From the NCBI GenBank assembly GCA_038245725.1, contig JBBRSD010000009.1, positions 2,918 to 66,917 of the forward strand: a DNA stretch of 64,000 nucleotides. Reading direction: 5' to 3'. The stretch comes from Coriobacteriia bacterium. Its GTDB lineage: Bacteria > Actinomycetota > Coriobacteriia > Anaerosomatales > JAAXUF01. A program made the translations under genes and the position numbers. The first letter of the stretch is position 1. Each line of letters opens with the position of its first letter. Below the pieces are notes generated by a model. That model did no database searches. It was not told where the DNA came from and was given only the letters and a program-made list of their open reading frames with translations. Below, piece by piece: positions 36,605 through 46,535 of this stretch.

Positions 36605-38047
36605 ATGAGAAGGATCGCGATATCTGGCCTGGCGGTGCTCGCGCTGTGTCTGGCCCTTGCGACTCCGGCGCTCGCCATCACCCAAGGGGTGACCGGTGTC
36701 GTGAGGAGCATCACCACTGGCAAGGTCATCGCCGGTGCGGTCGTCACGAAAGGCACCGTCAAGGTGACCACGAATGTGTACGGCGTCTACGCGGTCAGCG
36801 CAGCTGTTGGCAGGTACACCCTGAGCATCACCAAGCCCGGCTACCTCAGAACCTATCAGATGGCATCGGTCGTCGCGGGCAAGAAGACCTACGTCAACTG
36901 GTATCTCACGAACAAGTATCCAACGAACGCCGTTCCTGTCCGAAGCCTGACGATCCTGGGCTGGAACGACCTTGGGATGCACTGCGATCAGGACAGCTAC
37001 AAGTACATGTGCATTCTTCCGCCTTACAACACCCTGCACGTGCAGCTCTTCGCCGGCGAGGGCGGGGCTCCGAGCGGCGTCACCGTGAGCTACTACTTCC
37101 CGAAGAAGACGAACTCTGCGCTGAGCACGGACTTCTGGACCTACGCGAAGAACTTCGATAGCAGCTGGTCCGCCACGCCCAACGTGGGAATCTCCGGCAC
37201 GAGGCTTTCCGGTCAGATGGTCCGCGACGCCGCGGGCAAGGGCTGGGTCGCCAAGGGCATTCCGGTCACCCCCTACGACGACGACGGCACATGGGATCCG
37301 TACGCCCCGGCGACCGTCGTGGTCAAGAACTCCTTGGGCACCGTGCTTGGCGCGACCAAGGTCGTCACTCCCGTATCGACAGAGATGACGTGCTCGAACT
37401 GCCACAGCGGCTCGAACGCCGCCCAAGTCGCTCAAAACATCCTCACTGCGCACGACGCCGATCAGGGAACGACACTCCTTTCGGATGCGAACGCGGGTCA
37501 CCCTCACGCCTGCTTCGAGTGCCACGCCGACAACGCGCTGGGAAAGCACGGACTTGCCGGCGTCCCGAGCCTCTCGCTTGCAATGCACAAGAAGCACGAC
37601 GGGAAGATCGCGAACACGACGGCTGGGTGTTCCAACTGCCACCCAGGCCCGAAGACCAAGTGCCTGCGCGGCGTGATGGCACGCGCTGGAAAGAGTTGCG
37701 TGAGCTGCCACGGCACGATCAGCACCGTCTGGAAGTCGATCAGCACCGGTCGCCGGCCGTGGGTGGACGAGCCCAAGTGCAGCACGTGTCACGGCGCGAA
37801 GCACGCCGAGAACGCCGGCAAGCTCTACCGCGACTCTTTGCTCACCAACTCACTCACGAGCGACATGAACAACCGGATCTACTGCGAGGCGTGCCACAAC
37901 AGCACGCATGCCGAGTACGTCTCGAGAATCGCTTCTGACGCCATCGTGCCGAAGACGGCTCAAGGCAACAGTTACTGGATCTACAACTGCAAGGTCTGCC
38001 ACAAGAGCGGCGGATTCACCTTCGCGGGTCAGTTGATGCATCGCTAG
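36605..38047 (+). CDS. Secreted heptahaem c-type cytochrome with N-terminal CarboxypepD_reg-like domain
   Basis: Signal peptide ...LATPALA|I. Seven CxxCH motifs (CSNCH, CFECH, CSNCH, CVSCH, CSTCH, CEACH, CKVCH), all in the C-terminal ~200 aa. GGAGGAG RBS. Confidence 0.9.
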   Translation: MRRIAISGLAVLALCLALATPALAITQGVTGVVRSITTGKVIAGAVVTKGTVKVTTNVYGVYAVSAAVGRYTLSITKPGYLRTYQMASVVAGKKTYVNWYLTNKYPTNAVPVRSLTILGWNDLGMHCDQDSYKYMCILPPYNTLHVQLFAGEGGAPSGVTVSYYFPKKTNSALSTDFWTYAKNFDSSWSATPNVGISGTRLSGQMVRDAAGKGWVAKGIPVTPYDDDGTWDPYAPATVVVKNSLGTVLGATKVVTPVSTEMTCSNCHSGSNAAQVAQNILTAHDADQGTTLLSDANAGHPHACFECHADNALGKHGLAGVPSLSLAMHKKHDGKIANTTAGCSNCHPGPKTKCLRGVMARAGKSCVSCHGTISTVWKSISTGRRPWVDEPKCSTCHGAKHAENAGKLYRDSLLTNSLTSDMNNRIYCEACHNSTHAEYVSRIASDAIVPKTAQGNSYWIYNCKVCHKSGGFTFAGQLMHR

Positions 38048-38081
38048 GCGGTTACCGCCAGGAAAGGAACCGGGCCTTCAC

Positions 38082-38114
38082 GGCGACCGGAGCGGCTCAC
38101 TCGCTCCGGTCGCC
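38082..38114 (+). terminator. Intrinsic-terminator-like hairpin after the cytochrome gene
   Basis: Perfect 13-bp stem GGCGACCGGAGCG / CGCTCCGGTCGCC with a 7-nt loop, followed by GTTCGTTGTC. Confidence 0.55.
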
Positions 38115-38160
38115 GTTCGTTGTCATGCAGGGTTTACAGATTCCTCATGCCGGAGTAGGT

Positions 38161-38176
38161 TAGTGATTGATAACTA
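38161..38176 (+). promoter_or_regulatory. Imperfect palindrome TAGTGATTGATAACTA; candidate operator (possibly for the embedded TetR)
   Basis: 12 of 16 positions are self-complementary (TAGT...ACTA arms). It lies in the lower-GC gap about 70 nt upstream of the first HlyD gene. Confidence 0.25.
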
Positions 38177-38245
38177 CGGATGATCTGGGTACGAGCACTT
38201 CATGCGCCGGACTTCTGCTGCCTCAACTCTCGAAAGGGCTGCTTG

Positions 38246-39577
38246 ATGAGCCAGTCGACCCGCAACATAGCGGTCATAGCAGCCGTTCTCGTGGTGCTCA
38301 TCGCGGGCGCCTGGTGGTCGCAAGCGAGCAAAGCATCGCCGGCTGGACGACTCAATATCGCTGGCGACGTTCGCCCTGAGATCCGCACGGTGACCGCGCC
38401 CGCAATCTCATATCCCACGCCCGACTACACCGTCGGCATCCCGAAGCCAGCCGGCTCGGCCGCCCTCACCAGCGGCTCGCAGCGGGGCGGTCATTCATCC
38501 GCGAGGTCCGCGTCGATGGGCCTGCCGGTCGTGGCCGGCATGCTTACCCGTGTCTACGTGCGCGAAGGCGACCGCGTCAAGACCGGTCAGGTCCTCGCCA
38601 CCTTCGACACAACGCTGCTCGACCTGGGCGTCGTGCAGGCCGGGCATGCCGCGACGAAGGCACGCAAGGACGTGCTCGTCCTCGGCAACAACATCGACAA
38701 GCTCGTGAAGGCCGGCGGCAAGCTGGCGAGCGCTCGCGTGAAGCTCGCGACCGCAAAAGCCATGCTCGCCAAGGCTAAGGCCACGCTGCTCAAGGCACGC
38801 AACCAACTGCTGGCGCAACAGAAGAAGCTGCTGCAGGCCAAGGCGCAAAGGCCGCAGCTCAAGGCTCTGCTCGCGATGCTCAAGGCGCAGGCGGCGACCT
38901 TCCCTCCCGGGCACGTGCCGGCCGCTCTGCAGAGGCAGATCGCCAGCATCACGGGCCTGCTCGCCGCAATCGACCCGGGTCTTACGGGCATCTCGGCGGG
39001 GCTCAAGAAGATCGACGCGGGACTCGTGAAGGTGAACGCCGGATTCGTGTTGCTGCCGAAGGCGGCCGCGAAGCTGTCGAGCGCGGCGTCTCAGCTCACG
39101 AAGGCAAAACGGCAGCTGCGCAATGCCAAAGACGTGCTCGGCATCGTTGCGCGTGGTCAGCGGACAGTCATCCAGCTCGCGGAGGCGAAGCGGGCTCTCG
39201 CCGACGTGCGCTCCCCTGTCGACGGAGTCGTCACGTTCGCGCGTCGCAGCGCAACGGTCGCGATGGTGGGAGCACCGCTCGTGCGCATCCATGCCGACGG
39301 GCCACAGCGCATCGACACCTACCTGACCCCCGAGCAAGTCGCGCAGGTCGGCGTCGGCTCGGTGGCGGACATCACGTACGACTCGGCGACGGGGGCCATC
39401 GTTCACGGCGTCGTCAGTGAACTTGGCCCGGGCTACTTCTTCCCGCCAACGAGTTACCCCACGCAGATCGTGCACATGACCCGCACGCTCAAGGTCACCA
39501 TCAAGCTCGACGAGGGTTCCAAGGCGCCGCCCGGCACACCGGTCGACGTATCGATTCACACGAACGCGAACAAGTAA
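38246..39577 (+). CDS. HlyD-family membrane-fusion/adaptor protein with a very long coiled coil
   Basis: N-terminal TM IAVIAAVLVVLIAGAWW, a lipoyl-like motif VREGDRVKTGQVLATFD, about 200 aa of Ala/Lys/Leu-rich coiled coil, and a C-terminal beta-barrel segment. Confidence 0.75.
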   Translation: MSQSTRNIAVIAAVLVVLIAGAWWSQASKASPAGRLNIAGDVRPEIRTVTAPAISYPTPDYTVGIPKPAGSAALTSGSQRGGHSSARSASMGLPVVAGMLTRVYVREGDRVKTGQVLATFDTTLLDLGVVQAGHAATKARKDVLVLGNNIDKLVKAGGKLASARVKLATAKAMLAKAKATLLKARNQLLAQQKKLLQAKAQRPQLKALLAMLKAQAATFPPGHVPAALQRQIASITGLLAAIDPGLTGISAGLKKIDAGLVKVNAGFVLLPKAAAKLSSAASQLTKAKRQLRNAKDVLGIVARGQRTVIQLAEAKRALADVRSPVDGVVTFARRSATVAMVGAPLVRIHADGPQRIDTYLTPEQVAQVGVGSVADITYDSATGAIVHGVVSELGPGYFFPPTSYPTQIVHMTRTLKVTIKLDEGSKAPPGTPVDVSIHTNANK

Positions 39578-39623
39578 GTACTGCGAGACGGCTCAGGCCA
39601 GGCAGAACAGGAGCGTTGAGGAT

Positions 39624-40400
39624 ATGAAGCGCATCATCCCGATCGTGCTCGTGATCGCGGTGCTCGCGGGGCTCGGCTGGTGGGGTTGGACCACCTACGG
39701 CCCGAACGCGCAGGCTGCAGCGGCTGCGCTTGGCGGCAGCGGCACCATCGAAGCAGACCAGATCGCGGTGACCCCGCAGGTCGGCGGTCGCGTCGTCGCG
39801 GCCCCGGCCCAGGAAGGGGCGGCTGTCACGAAGGGCAGCGTGCTCTACCGGCTCGATCCGTCGCTACTCAAGCTTTCGGTCGCGCAGGCCACATCGGGCG
39901 TCAACGCCGCCGATGCGAACTACAAGCACGTGAAGAAGGACAGCGGCTCGACGAAGGCCGACAGGGCCGCGGCCAAAGCGCAGTACCAGCAGGCCCTCGA
40001 CGCCAGACGCATGGCCATCGTCCAGCTTGGCTATGCGACGATCGCGTCCCCGATCGATGGCATTCTGTCGAACCTCGCCGTACATGAGGGCGAGAACGCG
40101 GTGCCGGGCACCACGCTCGCCATCGTGAGCGATATCGGCCACCTCTACGTGACGATCTACGTGCCCGAGAACCGCATCGGCAGCGTCACGGTGGGCCAGA
40201 GCGGCACGCTGACGACCGACTCGACCACGAAGTCCTATTCGGCGCGTGTCACCTTCGTCTCGCCGCAGGCCGAGTTCACGCCGGCCTCTATCGAGACCAA
40301 GGACCAGCGCGTCAAGCTCGTCTACCAGGTCAAGCTCGACATCACCGACGCCGACGCCGCTCTCAAGCCCGGCATGCCTGCCGACGTGGTGCTCAAGTGA
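39624..40400 (+). CDS. HlyD-family membrane-fusion protein (short form)
   Basis: N-terminal TM, then GGRVVAAPAQEGAAVTKGSVLYRLD, SPIDGILSNLAVHEGENAVPG, and KPGMPADVVL at the C-terminus. Confidence 0.8.
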   Translation: MKRIIPIVLVIAVLAGLGWWGWTTYGPNAQAAAAALGGSGTIEADQIAVTPQVGGRVVAAPAQEGAAVTKGSVLYRLDPSLLKLSVAQATSGVNAADANYKHVKKDSGSTKADRAAAKAQYQQALDARRMAIVQLGYATIASPIDGILSNLAVHEGENAVPGTTLAIVSDIGHLYVTIYVPENRIGSVTVGQSGTLTTDSTTKSYSARVTFVSPQAEFTPASIETKDQRVKLVYQVKLDITDADAALKPGMPADVVLK

Positions 40401-41389
40401 CCGACGCCGTCCCCAGCAGCGAACTCGCCATCGACGTCCGCAACCTCTCGAAGGAGTTCCGCGAGGTCAAAGCGGTCGATGATGTCACGCTCGAGATCGC
40501 GAAGGGCGAGGTCTTCGGCCTCGTAGGGCCCGACGGCGCCGGCAAATCGACGCTCATCCGCATGATGGCGACCGTGCTCGCGCCGACATCGGGCGACGCT
40601 TACATCTTCGGCAAGTCCGTCGTGAGCGACCCTCACGACGTCAAGCCGCGTATCGGATACATGTCGCAGCAGTTCTCGCTCTACGGCGATCTCACCGTCT
40701 CCGAGAATCTCAGGTTCTTCGCTGAACTTCGCGGTGTGCCGAGCCGCGAGCTCGCCGGACGCTCGGCTCGACTGCTCGAGTTCTCGGGGCTCACCGAGTT
40801 CGCGAAGCGGCAGGCGCAGTTCCTCTCGGGAGGTATGAAGCAGAAGCTCGCGCTCGCGGCCACGCTCATCTCGGAGCCGGACCTGCTCTTCCTCGACGAG
40901 CCCACGACCGGCGTCGATCCGGTGTCGCGCCGTGAGTTCTGGCGCATCATCAGCGATTTGCACCGCCAGGGCATAACCGTCTTCGTCGCGACGCCGTACA
41001 TGGACGAGGCCGACCGCTGCAACGAGATCGCCTTCATGACGCAGGGCAAGATCATCCTCCGAGACACCCCCGCGGGCATGAAGCGCCGCGTCCCGGGGCG
41101 CGTCGTGGAAGTTGTCCTGTCCGATTACCGCAATGCGATGCCGGTGCTGCGAGCGTTATCCTCGGTTCGCAGCGTCGAGGTCTCGGGCGGTGCACTGCGA
41201 GTGCTCGTCTCAAACGAGGTCGACGACGGCCAGCAGATGCTCGCGACGGCCTTGAGCGATGCTGGCTTCACCGTCGACAGCATGCGGCCGGCGGCAACCG
41301 ATCTCGAGATGGCGTTCGCGACCCTCATCCCAAGCGCTTCGAACTTCGATTCCTCCTCGCACGAAGCGATCCTGGGGGTGTCGGAATGA
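40397..41389 (+). CDS. ABC transporter ATP-binding protein (copy 1)
   Basis: Walker A GPDGAGKST, Q-loop, signature LSGGMKQKLALA, Walker B LLFLDEPT. The GTG overlaps the upstream stop. Confidence 0.9.
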   Translation: MTDAVPSSELAIDVRNLSKEFREVKAVDDVTLEIAKGEVFGLVGPDGAGKSTLIRMMATVLAPTSGDAYIFGKSVVSDPHDVKPRIGYMSQQFSLYGDLTVSENLRFFAELRGVPSRELAGRSARLLEFSGLTEFAKRQAQFLSGGMKQKLALAATLISEPDLLFLDEPTTGVDPVSRREFWRIISDLHRQGITVFVATPYMDEADRCNEIAFMTQGKIILRDTPAGMKRRVPGRVVEVVLSDYRNAMPVLRALSSVRSVEVSGGALRVLVSNEVDDGQQMLATALSDAGFTVDSMRPAATDLEMAFATLIPSASNFDSSSHEAILGVSE

Positions 41390-42513
41390 GGCGTATCTGG
41401 GCCATCACTCGCAAAGAGTTCATCCACGTCATCCGAGACCCGCGGCTCCTCATGGTCATTCTCGCGATGCCACTCATCCAGCTCTTCCTCTACTCGTACG
41501 CGCTGTCCTTCGACGTCAAGCACCTGCCCACCGCCACGTTGGACTTCGACCGCACGACGCAGTCGCGTCAGTACCTCGACGCGTTGCAGCAGTCCAACTA
41601 CTTCACGATCAACCAGAGGCTGGACTCGTACTCTGGTGTCGACAAAGCCTTCGAGTCCAACTCGGACAAAGTGGTCGTGGTGGTCGGCTCCGGTTTCGGC
41701 AGCAACCTCGCTGCAGGCCGCGCTGGAAACGTGCAGATCCTCGTCGATGGCTCTGACGCGAACTCTGCGCAGCTTGGGCGGGGGTACTCGTCGGCGCTCT
41801 CCCGCGTCTACGGCGGCAAGGTCGTCGTGTCGCAGGTCGAGGCGAAAGGCTTCTCAACCGGTTCGCTTGCTTCGCTCGGCTCCAACACAAGGGTCTGGTA
41901 CAACCCTGAGGGCAAATCGGCGGCGTATTACGTCCCGGGACTCATCGTGGTGCTCGTCACCACCGTGTTGGTACTGCAGACCGCCAACACGCTGGTCAAA
42001 GAGAGAGAGATGGGCACGTACGAGCAGCTCCTCGTGTCGCCCATTCGCAAGATCGAGCTCATGCTCGGCAAGATTGCGCCGTGGGCCCTAGTCGGGGCGC
42101 TGCAGATCATCCTCATCTCCACGATCGGGATCGTCGTGTTCCAGATCCCGTTTCGCGGCTCGCTCCTGTTGCTGACCGTCTCCAGCCTGCTCTATGTCAG
42201 CTGCGCCCTCGGCATGGGGCTGATCATCTCGGCGAGGGCGTCGTCGGTCGACTCGGCAAACCAACTCGCTGGGCTCATCGCCTTCCTTCCAACGTTCATG
42301 CTCTCGGGCTTCGTCTTCCCGATCAGCAGCATGCCGTGGGCTTTGCAGGCGGTTTCGTACGCCTTCCCCGGACGCTACTTCATGGTGATCACTCGCACGA
42401 TCTTCCTGAAAGGCGGCGGCCTGGAAGTGCTCTGGCCGCAGATGCTGGCGTTGACGATCTTCGCAGTCACCATCATCACGCTCGCGGCGAGCATGTACCG
42501 CGAGAGGGCGTGA
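41386..42513 (+). CDS. ABC-2 type permease (A1)
   Basis: RKEFIHVIRDPR N-terminus, a large first extracytoplasmic loop, and 6 TM. ATGA overlap with the ATPase gene. Confidence 0.88.
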   Translation: MRRIWAITRKEFIHVIRDPRLLMVILAMPLIQLFLYSYALSFDVKHLPTATLDFDRTTQSRQYLDALQQSNYFTINQRLDSYSGVDKAFESNSDKVVVVVGSGFGSNLAAGRAGNVQILVDGSDANSAQLGRGYSSALSRVYGGKVVVSQVEAKGFSTGSLASLGSNTRVWYNPEGKSAAYYVPGLIVVLVTTVLVLQTANTLVKEREMGTYEQLLVSPIRKIELMLGKIAPWALVGALQIILISTIGIVVFQIPFRGSLLLLTVSSLLYVSCALGMGLIISARASSVDSANQLAGLIAFLPTFMLSGFVFPISSMPWALQAVSYAFPGRYFMVITRTIFLKGGGLEVLWPQMLALTIFAVTIITLAASMYRERA

Positions 42514-42519
42514 TCACGC

Positions 42520-43638
42520 GTGTCGTGGAATAGGATCCGCCTGCTCATCTGGAAAGAGTTCACGCAGCTCAGGCGCGACCGTTCGATGTTGCCCATCCTG
42601 TTCATCATGCCGATCATCATGCTGCTCATGTTCGGCTACGTGGTCGGCAGCGACATCAAGAACCTCAAGCTCGCGGTACTCGACAGCGACAACTCGGCCC
42701 AGTCGCAGCGCGTGGTGGACGCTTTCGTCAGCTCTTCGTACTTCACGGTTGCCGCACGACCGCAGAACGAGGCTCAACTCAAGGAAGCGTTGGACGGGGG
42801 CCAGGCGGCCATCGCGATCGATATCCCGAAAGGGCTCAGCGACGCGGTACGCGAGCATCGCTCGGCACAGATCGGCGTGGTTGTCGACGGCTCCGACAGC
42901 CGGACCAGCCAAGTCGCATTGCAGTACTCGAGCGGCATCCTCTCCAGCCTGGGCGCGGAGTTCTATCCCCGCCCGGGTGGATTGAGCGCCGGCGGCGTCA
43001 ACGTCCAGACACGCATCTTCTACAACCCGACGCTTCGAGCGGTGAACACGATGGTTCCGGCCCTGCTCGCGTTCATTCTGCTCATGTCGACGACGAACAT
43101 CATGTCGCAGGCGATCGTGAAAGAACGCGAGCAGGGCACGCTCGAACAGCTCTTCGTCACGCCGATCGGCAGGACCGACTACCTGCTGGGCAAGGTGCTT
43201 CCCTACATTGGGGTGGCGTTCGTGCAGGTGACCGTCATCTTCGTCGTCGGCGTGCTGTGGTTCCAGGTGCCGTTCAAGGGGTCGCTGTGGGTGATTTTCG
43301 GCGGACTCATGCTCTTCATGCTTGCGGCGATCGGTATCGGTATGCTCGTCTCGCTGATGTCGGGCTCGAGGCAGCAGGCGCAGCAGACGTCGCAACTGCT
43401 GCAGATGCCTCAGATGATGCTGTCCGGCTTCATGTTCCCGATCGATGCGTTCCCTGTCTGGCTCTACTACGCGACCTACCTGATCCCGCTGCGCTACATT
43501 CTCGTCATCGTTCGATCGAACTTCCTCAAAGGCTCCTCGTTTTCAGAGCTGTGGCCTCAATTCGCCGCGATGGCGGTCTTCTCGGTAGCTATCTTCCTTC
43601 TCGGCCTGTCGCGCTTCCACAAGCGCCTCGCCGACTAG
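42520..43638 (+). CDS. ABC-2 type permease (B1)
   Basis: WKEFTQLRRDRS N-terminus with the same architecture. Paralogous to 46536-47657. Confidence 0.88.
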   Translation: MSWNRIRLLIWKEFTQLRRDRSMLPILFIMPIIMLLMFGYVVGSDIKNLKLAVLDSDNSAQSQRVVDAFVSSSYFTVAARPQNEAQLKEALDGGQAAIAIDIPKGLSDAVREHRSAQIGVVVDGSDSRTSQVALQYSSGILSSLGAEFYPRPGGLSAGGVNVQTRIFYNPTLRAVNTMVPALLAFILLMSTTNIMSQAIVKEREQGTLEQLFVTPIGRTDYLLGKVLPYIGVAFVQVTVIFVVGVLWFQVPFKGSLWVIFGGLMLFMLAAIGIGMLVSLMSGSRQQAQQTSQLLQMPQMMLSGFMFPIDAFPVWLYYATYLIPLRYILVIVRSNFLKGSSFSELWPQFAAMAVFSVAIFLLGLSRFHKRLAD

Positions 43639-43656
43639 CAGAAAGAACGAGGCGCT

Positions 43657-44643
43657 ATGCGTTTCCCATGGTCACAGAGAGCAGAAGCCGAAGCGGTCCG
43701 AGACGACGGTGGCGTCGCCATCAACGTCAAAGGCCTGCGTAAGACATTCGGCGACTTCGTCGCGGTCAACGACGTCGACCTCGCGGTCGGACGCGGCGAA
43801 ATCTTCGGATTCCTGGGTCCCAACGGCTCCGGCAAGACCACCACGATCCGCATGCTGTGCGGCACGATCGAAGCGACCGGTGGCAGCGCGAAGATCATGG
43901 GCTACGACATCGAGACCGAGGCCGACAAGGTGCGGCTCAACATCGGCTACATGTCGCAGAAGTTCTCGCTGTTCTCGGATCTGACCGTCGACGAGAACCT
44001 GCGCTTCTACGCCGGCATCTACGGCCTGACCGACGAGAAGTTCATCGAGCGGCGCGCCTACATCCTCAAGATGGCCGACCTCGAAGGCCGCGAGGACGAA
44101 CTCACGAAGAACCTCTCGGTGGGCTGGAAGCAGCGCCTGGCGCTGGGGTGCGCGACGATCCACGAGCCGAAGCTCATCTTCCTCGACGAGCCCACGTCCG
44201 GCGTCGACCCCAACGCGCGTCGCCAGTTCTGGGAGCTCTTGAACGAGCTCGCCTCGCAGGGCGTGACGCTGTTCGTCACCACGCACTACATGGACGAGGC
44301 GACGCACTGCAACCGCCTCGCGTTCATCTACCGCGGCGACATCATCGCCGAGGGGACTCCGCAGGAGATCAAGAGCGCGCTCTCCGCCGACACAATCCTG
44401 CAGATCGAGGTCGCCGACGGCGAGTCGGCCCTCGCCGAACTCCTCAAGCACCCCATGGTCGACGAGGGCTACATGCAAGGCTCGCTGCTCAACATCAACC
44501 TAGGCCATAACAGCGCCAGCGACGCCGACATTCCCGGCTACCTGAAGAAGGCCGGCTTCGACCTGCTGCACATCGAGCCCGTCGAACCCACGCTCGAAGA
44601 CGCGTTCGTGCACCTCGTCGGCCAGCAGGGAGGTCGGGCGTGA
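43657..44643 (+). CDS. ABC transporter ATP-binding protein (copy 2)
   Basis: Walker A GPNGSGKTT, signature LSVGWKQRLALG, Walker B LIFLDEPT. Confidence 0.9.
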   Translation: MRFPWSQRAEAEAVRDDGGVAINVKGLRKTFGDFVAVNDVDLAVGRGEIFGFLGPNGSGKTTTIRMLCGTIEATGGSAKIMGYDIETEADKVRLNIGYMSQKFSLFSDLTVDENLRFYAGIYGLTDEKFIERRAYILKMADLEGREDELTKNLSVGWKQRLALGCATIHEPKLIFLDEPTSGVDPNARRQFWELLNELASQGVTLFVTTHYMDEATHCNRLAFIYRGDIIAEGTPQEIKSALSADTILQIEVADGESALAELLKHPMVDEGYMQGSLLNINLGHNSASDADIPGYLKKAGFDLLHIEPVEPTLEDAFVHLVGQQGGRA

Positions 44644-45353
44644 TGTGCGCGACCATCACGGGCGACTCCGGTCCCGCCCGCTACTTCGCCGACTTCGTCG
44701 AAGGTCGCCGAGGAGAGATCCTCGACGCCGCGCTCGCCGTCTTCGGCGAGAAAGGCTACGAGGCCGGCACGATGCGCGAGATCGCCGCTCGGGTGGGCGT
44801 GAGCGAGCCGGCGCTGTACCGCCACTATGCGAGCAAGGAAGCGATTCTCGGCGACATCGTGGCGACCGCGGGCGACAGGATATCGGGCGAGATGCGCAGA
44901 GGGCTCGGCGCGGTCACCGGTGCCAACGTCGTTGAGATGCTGCACCAGTTCATCGAGATGCGGCGACGAGGCATAGAGACGAAGCGGCAGGCCTTGGCGT
45001 TCGCGGACGCCTCGGCGGCGCAGTCTGACGACGGGACGACCCGCGCGTCGCGCCCCGGAGCCGGCAACGTCATGCACGTCCTGATGCACGCGGCGCCGCA
45101 CAACGACATGTTCATGGGGCTGCTGCGTGCCCATCTCGGCCAGCCGATGATCGAGGCCATGCGCGGCGTCATCCCCCGCGTGGACGCCGATTTCGGCATC
45201 GAGCGCTCCGCCGAGGAGACAGAGTCACACGTGCGCGTGCTCATGAGTTTGTTCGCGGGGTACTTCACGACTTCGCAGCTTCTCGACGCACCTCCCAATG
45301 ACGACGCGATTGTTGACGCGATGCTCGCTATCATGGGGTGGGACGCGCACTAG
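44640..45353 (+). CDS. TetR-family transcriptional regulator
   Basis: ILDAALAVFGEKGYEAGTMREIAARVGVSEPALYRHYASKEAI (HTH). The start overlaps the ATPase stop (GTG 44640 or ATG 44643). Confidence 0.88.
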   Translation: MMCATITGDSGPARYFADFVEGRRGEILDAALAVFGEKGYEAGTMREIAARVGVSEPALYRHYASKEAILGDIVATAGDRISGEMRRGLGAVTGANVVEMLHQFIEMRRRGIETKRQALAFADASAAQSDDGTTRASRPGAGNVMHVLMHAAPHNDMFMGLLRAHLGQPMIEAMRGVIPRVDADFGIERSAEETESHVRVLMSLFAGYFTTSQLLDAPPNDDAIVDAMLAIMGWDAH

Positions 45354-45394
45354 AAGCGTCTGACCGGCCGGGTTCTTCGGGCAGAGGAGATTGG

Positions 45395-46531
45395 ATGCAT
45401 GCAGCGCTTCTGCGCATAGCGACGATCTCCCGCAAGGAGTTCGTCCACATCATCCGCGACTGGCGCATGATCGTCGCTGTCGCGGTGATGCCCTTGCTGC
45501 AGCTGCTGCTGTTCGCCTACGCCATCGGCTTCGACGTGCGCAACGTCCCCACCGTCCTCTACGACGCAGACCACTCGGCTCAAAGTCGTGCATACCTCGA
45601 TGCGGCGACGAACTCCGGCTTCTTCCGAGTGATAGGCAACGTGAACAGCAACTCGCAGATCGACGACGCCTTCAACCAAGGGCGGGCGCGCGTCGCGATC
45701 GTCGTCGGCCAGGGCTTCGGGACCGCGCTGGCCGACGGGCGTGCCGCTCACGCAGCGGTGCTGCTCGACGGCAGCGAGCCGAACTCCGCCGAACTCGGTC
45801 GAGCCTACGCGCTCGCGCTCAACAACGTCTTCGGGCAACGCGTGCTCACGACGTGGGCCGCGACCCGCGGAGCCGCGCTCAACTTCGGCCAGCTCGAGCC
45901 CCGCGTGCGTGCGTGGTACAACCCGGAACGCAGTAGCGCCGACTTCCTCATCCCGGGACTCATGGTGGTCATCATCATGATCGTCACCGTGCAGCAGACT
46001 GCGGTCACGATCGTTCGCGAGCGCGAAAGCGGCACGCTCGAGCAGATCATGGTCTCGCCCGTCCGCCAGGTCGAGCTCATCCTCGGCAAGGTGGCTCCGT
46101 GGGCGGTCCTCGGCTTCGCCGATACCGCGGGCATCACAGCGGTCTCGCTCGTGATCTTCCACGTCCCTCTCCGAGGAGACATCGCGCTTCTCGGCGTGGG
46201 GATGTTCCTCTTCGTTCTGTGCTCGCTTTCGATCGGGCTCGTGATCTCGGCGGTGGCCCCCACCATCGAGTCCGCGAACATGGTGGGGCTGCTTGTCTCC
46301 TTCCTGCCGGGGTTCATGCTCTCGGGTATGGCGTTCCGGCTCTCCTCGATTCCGGTGTTCCTGCAGGTCATCTCATACGCGTTTCCGGGGCGCTACATGG
46401 TCGATATCTCGCGTGGCGTGTTTCTGCGCGGAGCCGGCTGGCCGATTCTGTGGCCGCAAGTAGTCGAGCTCGTGCTCTACGCAATCATCGGACTGGTACT
46501 GGCGACCGCCCTGAACCGAAGGCGGGCGTGA
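45395..46531 (+). CDS. ABC-2 type permease (A2)
   Basis: SRKEFVHIIRDWR. Collinear with 41386-42513. ATG 45395 follows GAGGAG. Confidence 0.85.
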   Translation: MHAALLRIATISRKEFVHIIRDWRMIVAVAVMPLLQLLLFAYAIGFDVRNVPTVLYDADHSAQSRAYLDAATNSGFFRVIGNVNSNSQIDDAFNQGRARVAIVVGQGFGTALADGRAAHAAVLLDGSEPNSAELGRAYALALNNVFGQRVLTTWAATRGAALNFGQLEPRVRAWYNPERSSADFLIPGLMVVIIMIVTVQQTAVTIVRERESGTLEQIMVSPVRQVELILGKVAPWAVLGFADTAGITAVSLVIFHVPLRGDIALLGVGMFLFVLCSLSIGLVISAVAPTIESANMVGLLVSFLPGFMLSGMAFRLSSIPVFLQVISYAFPGRYMVDISRGVFLRGAGWPILWPQVVELVLYAIIGLVLATALNRRRA

Positions 46532-46535
46532 GGCT

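Noticed and set aside
36542-37804. 420-aa antisense ORF over the cytochrome gene
   Set aside because: The plus frame has a signal peptide and seven CxxCH motifs. The antisense product is Arg/Gly/Asp-rich with no features.
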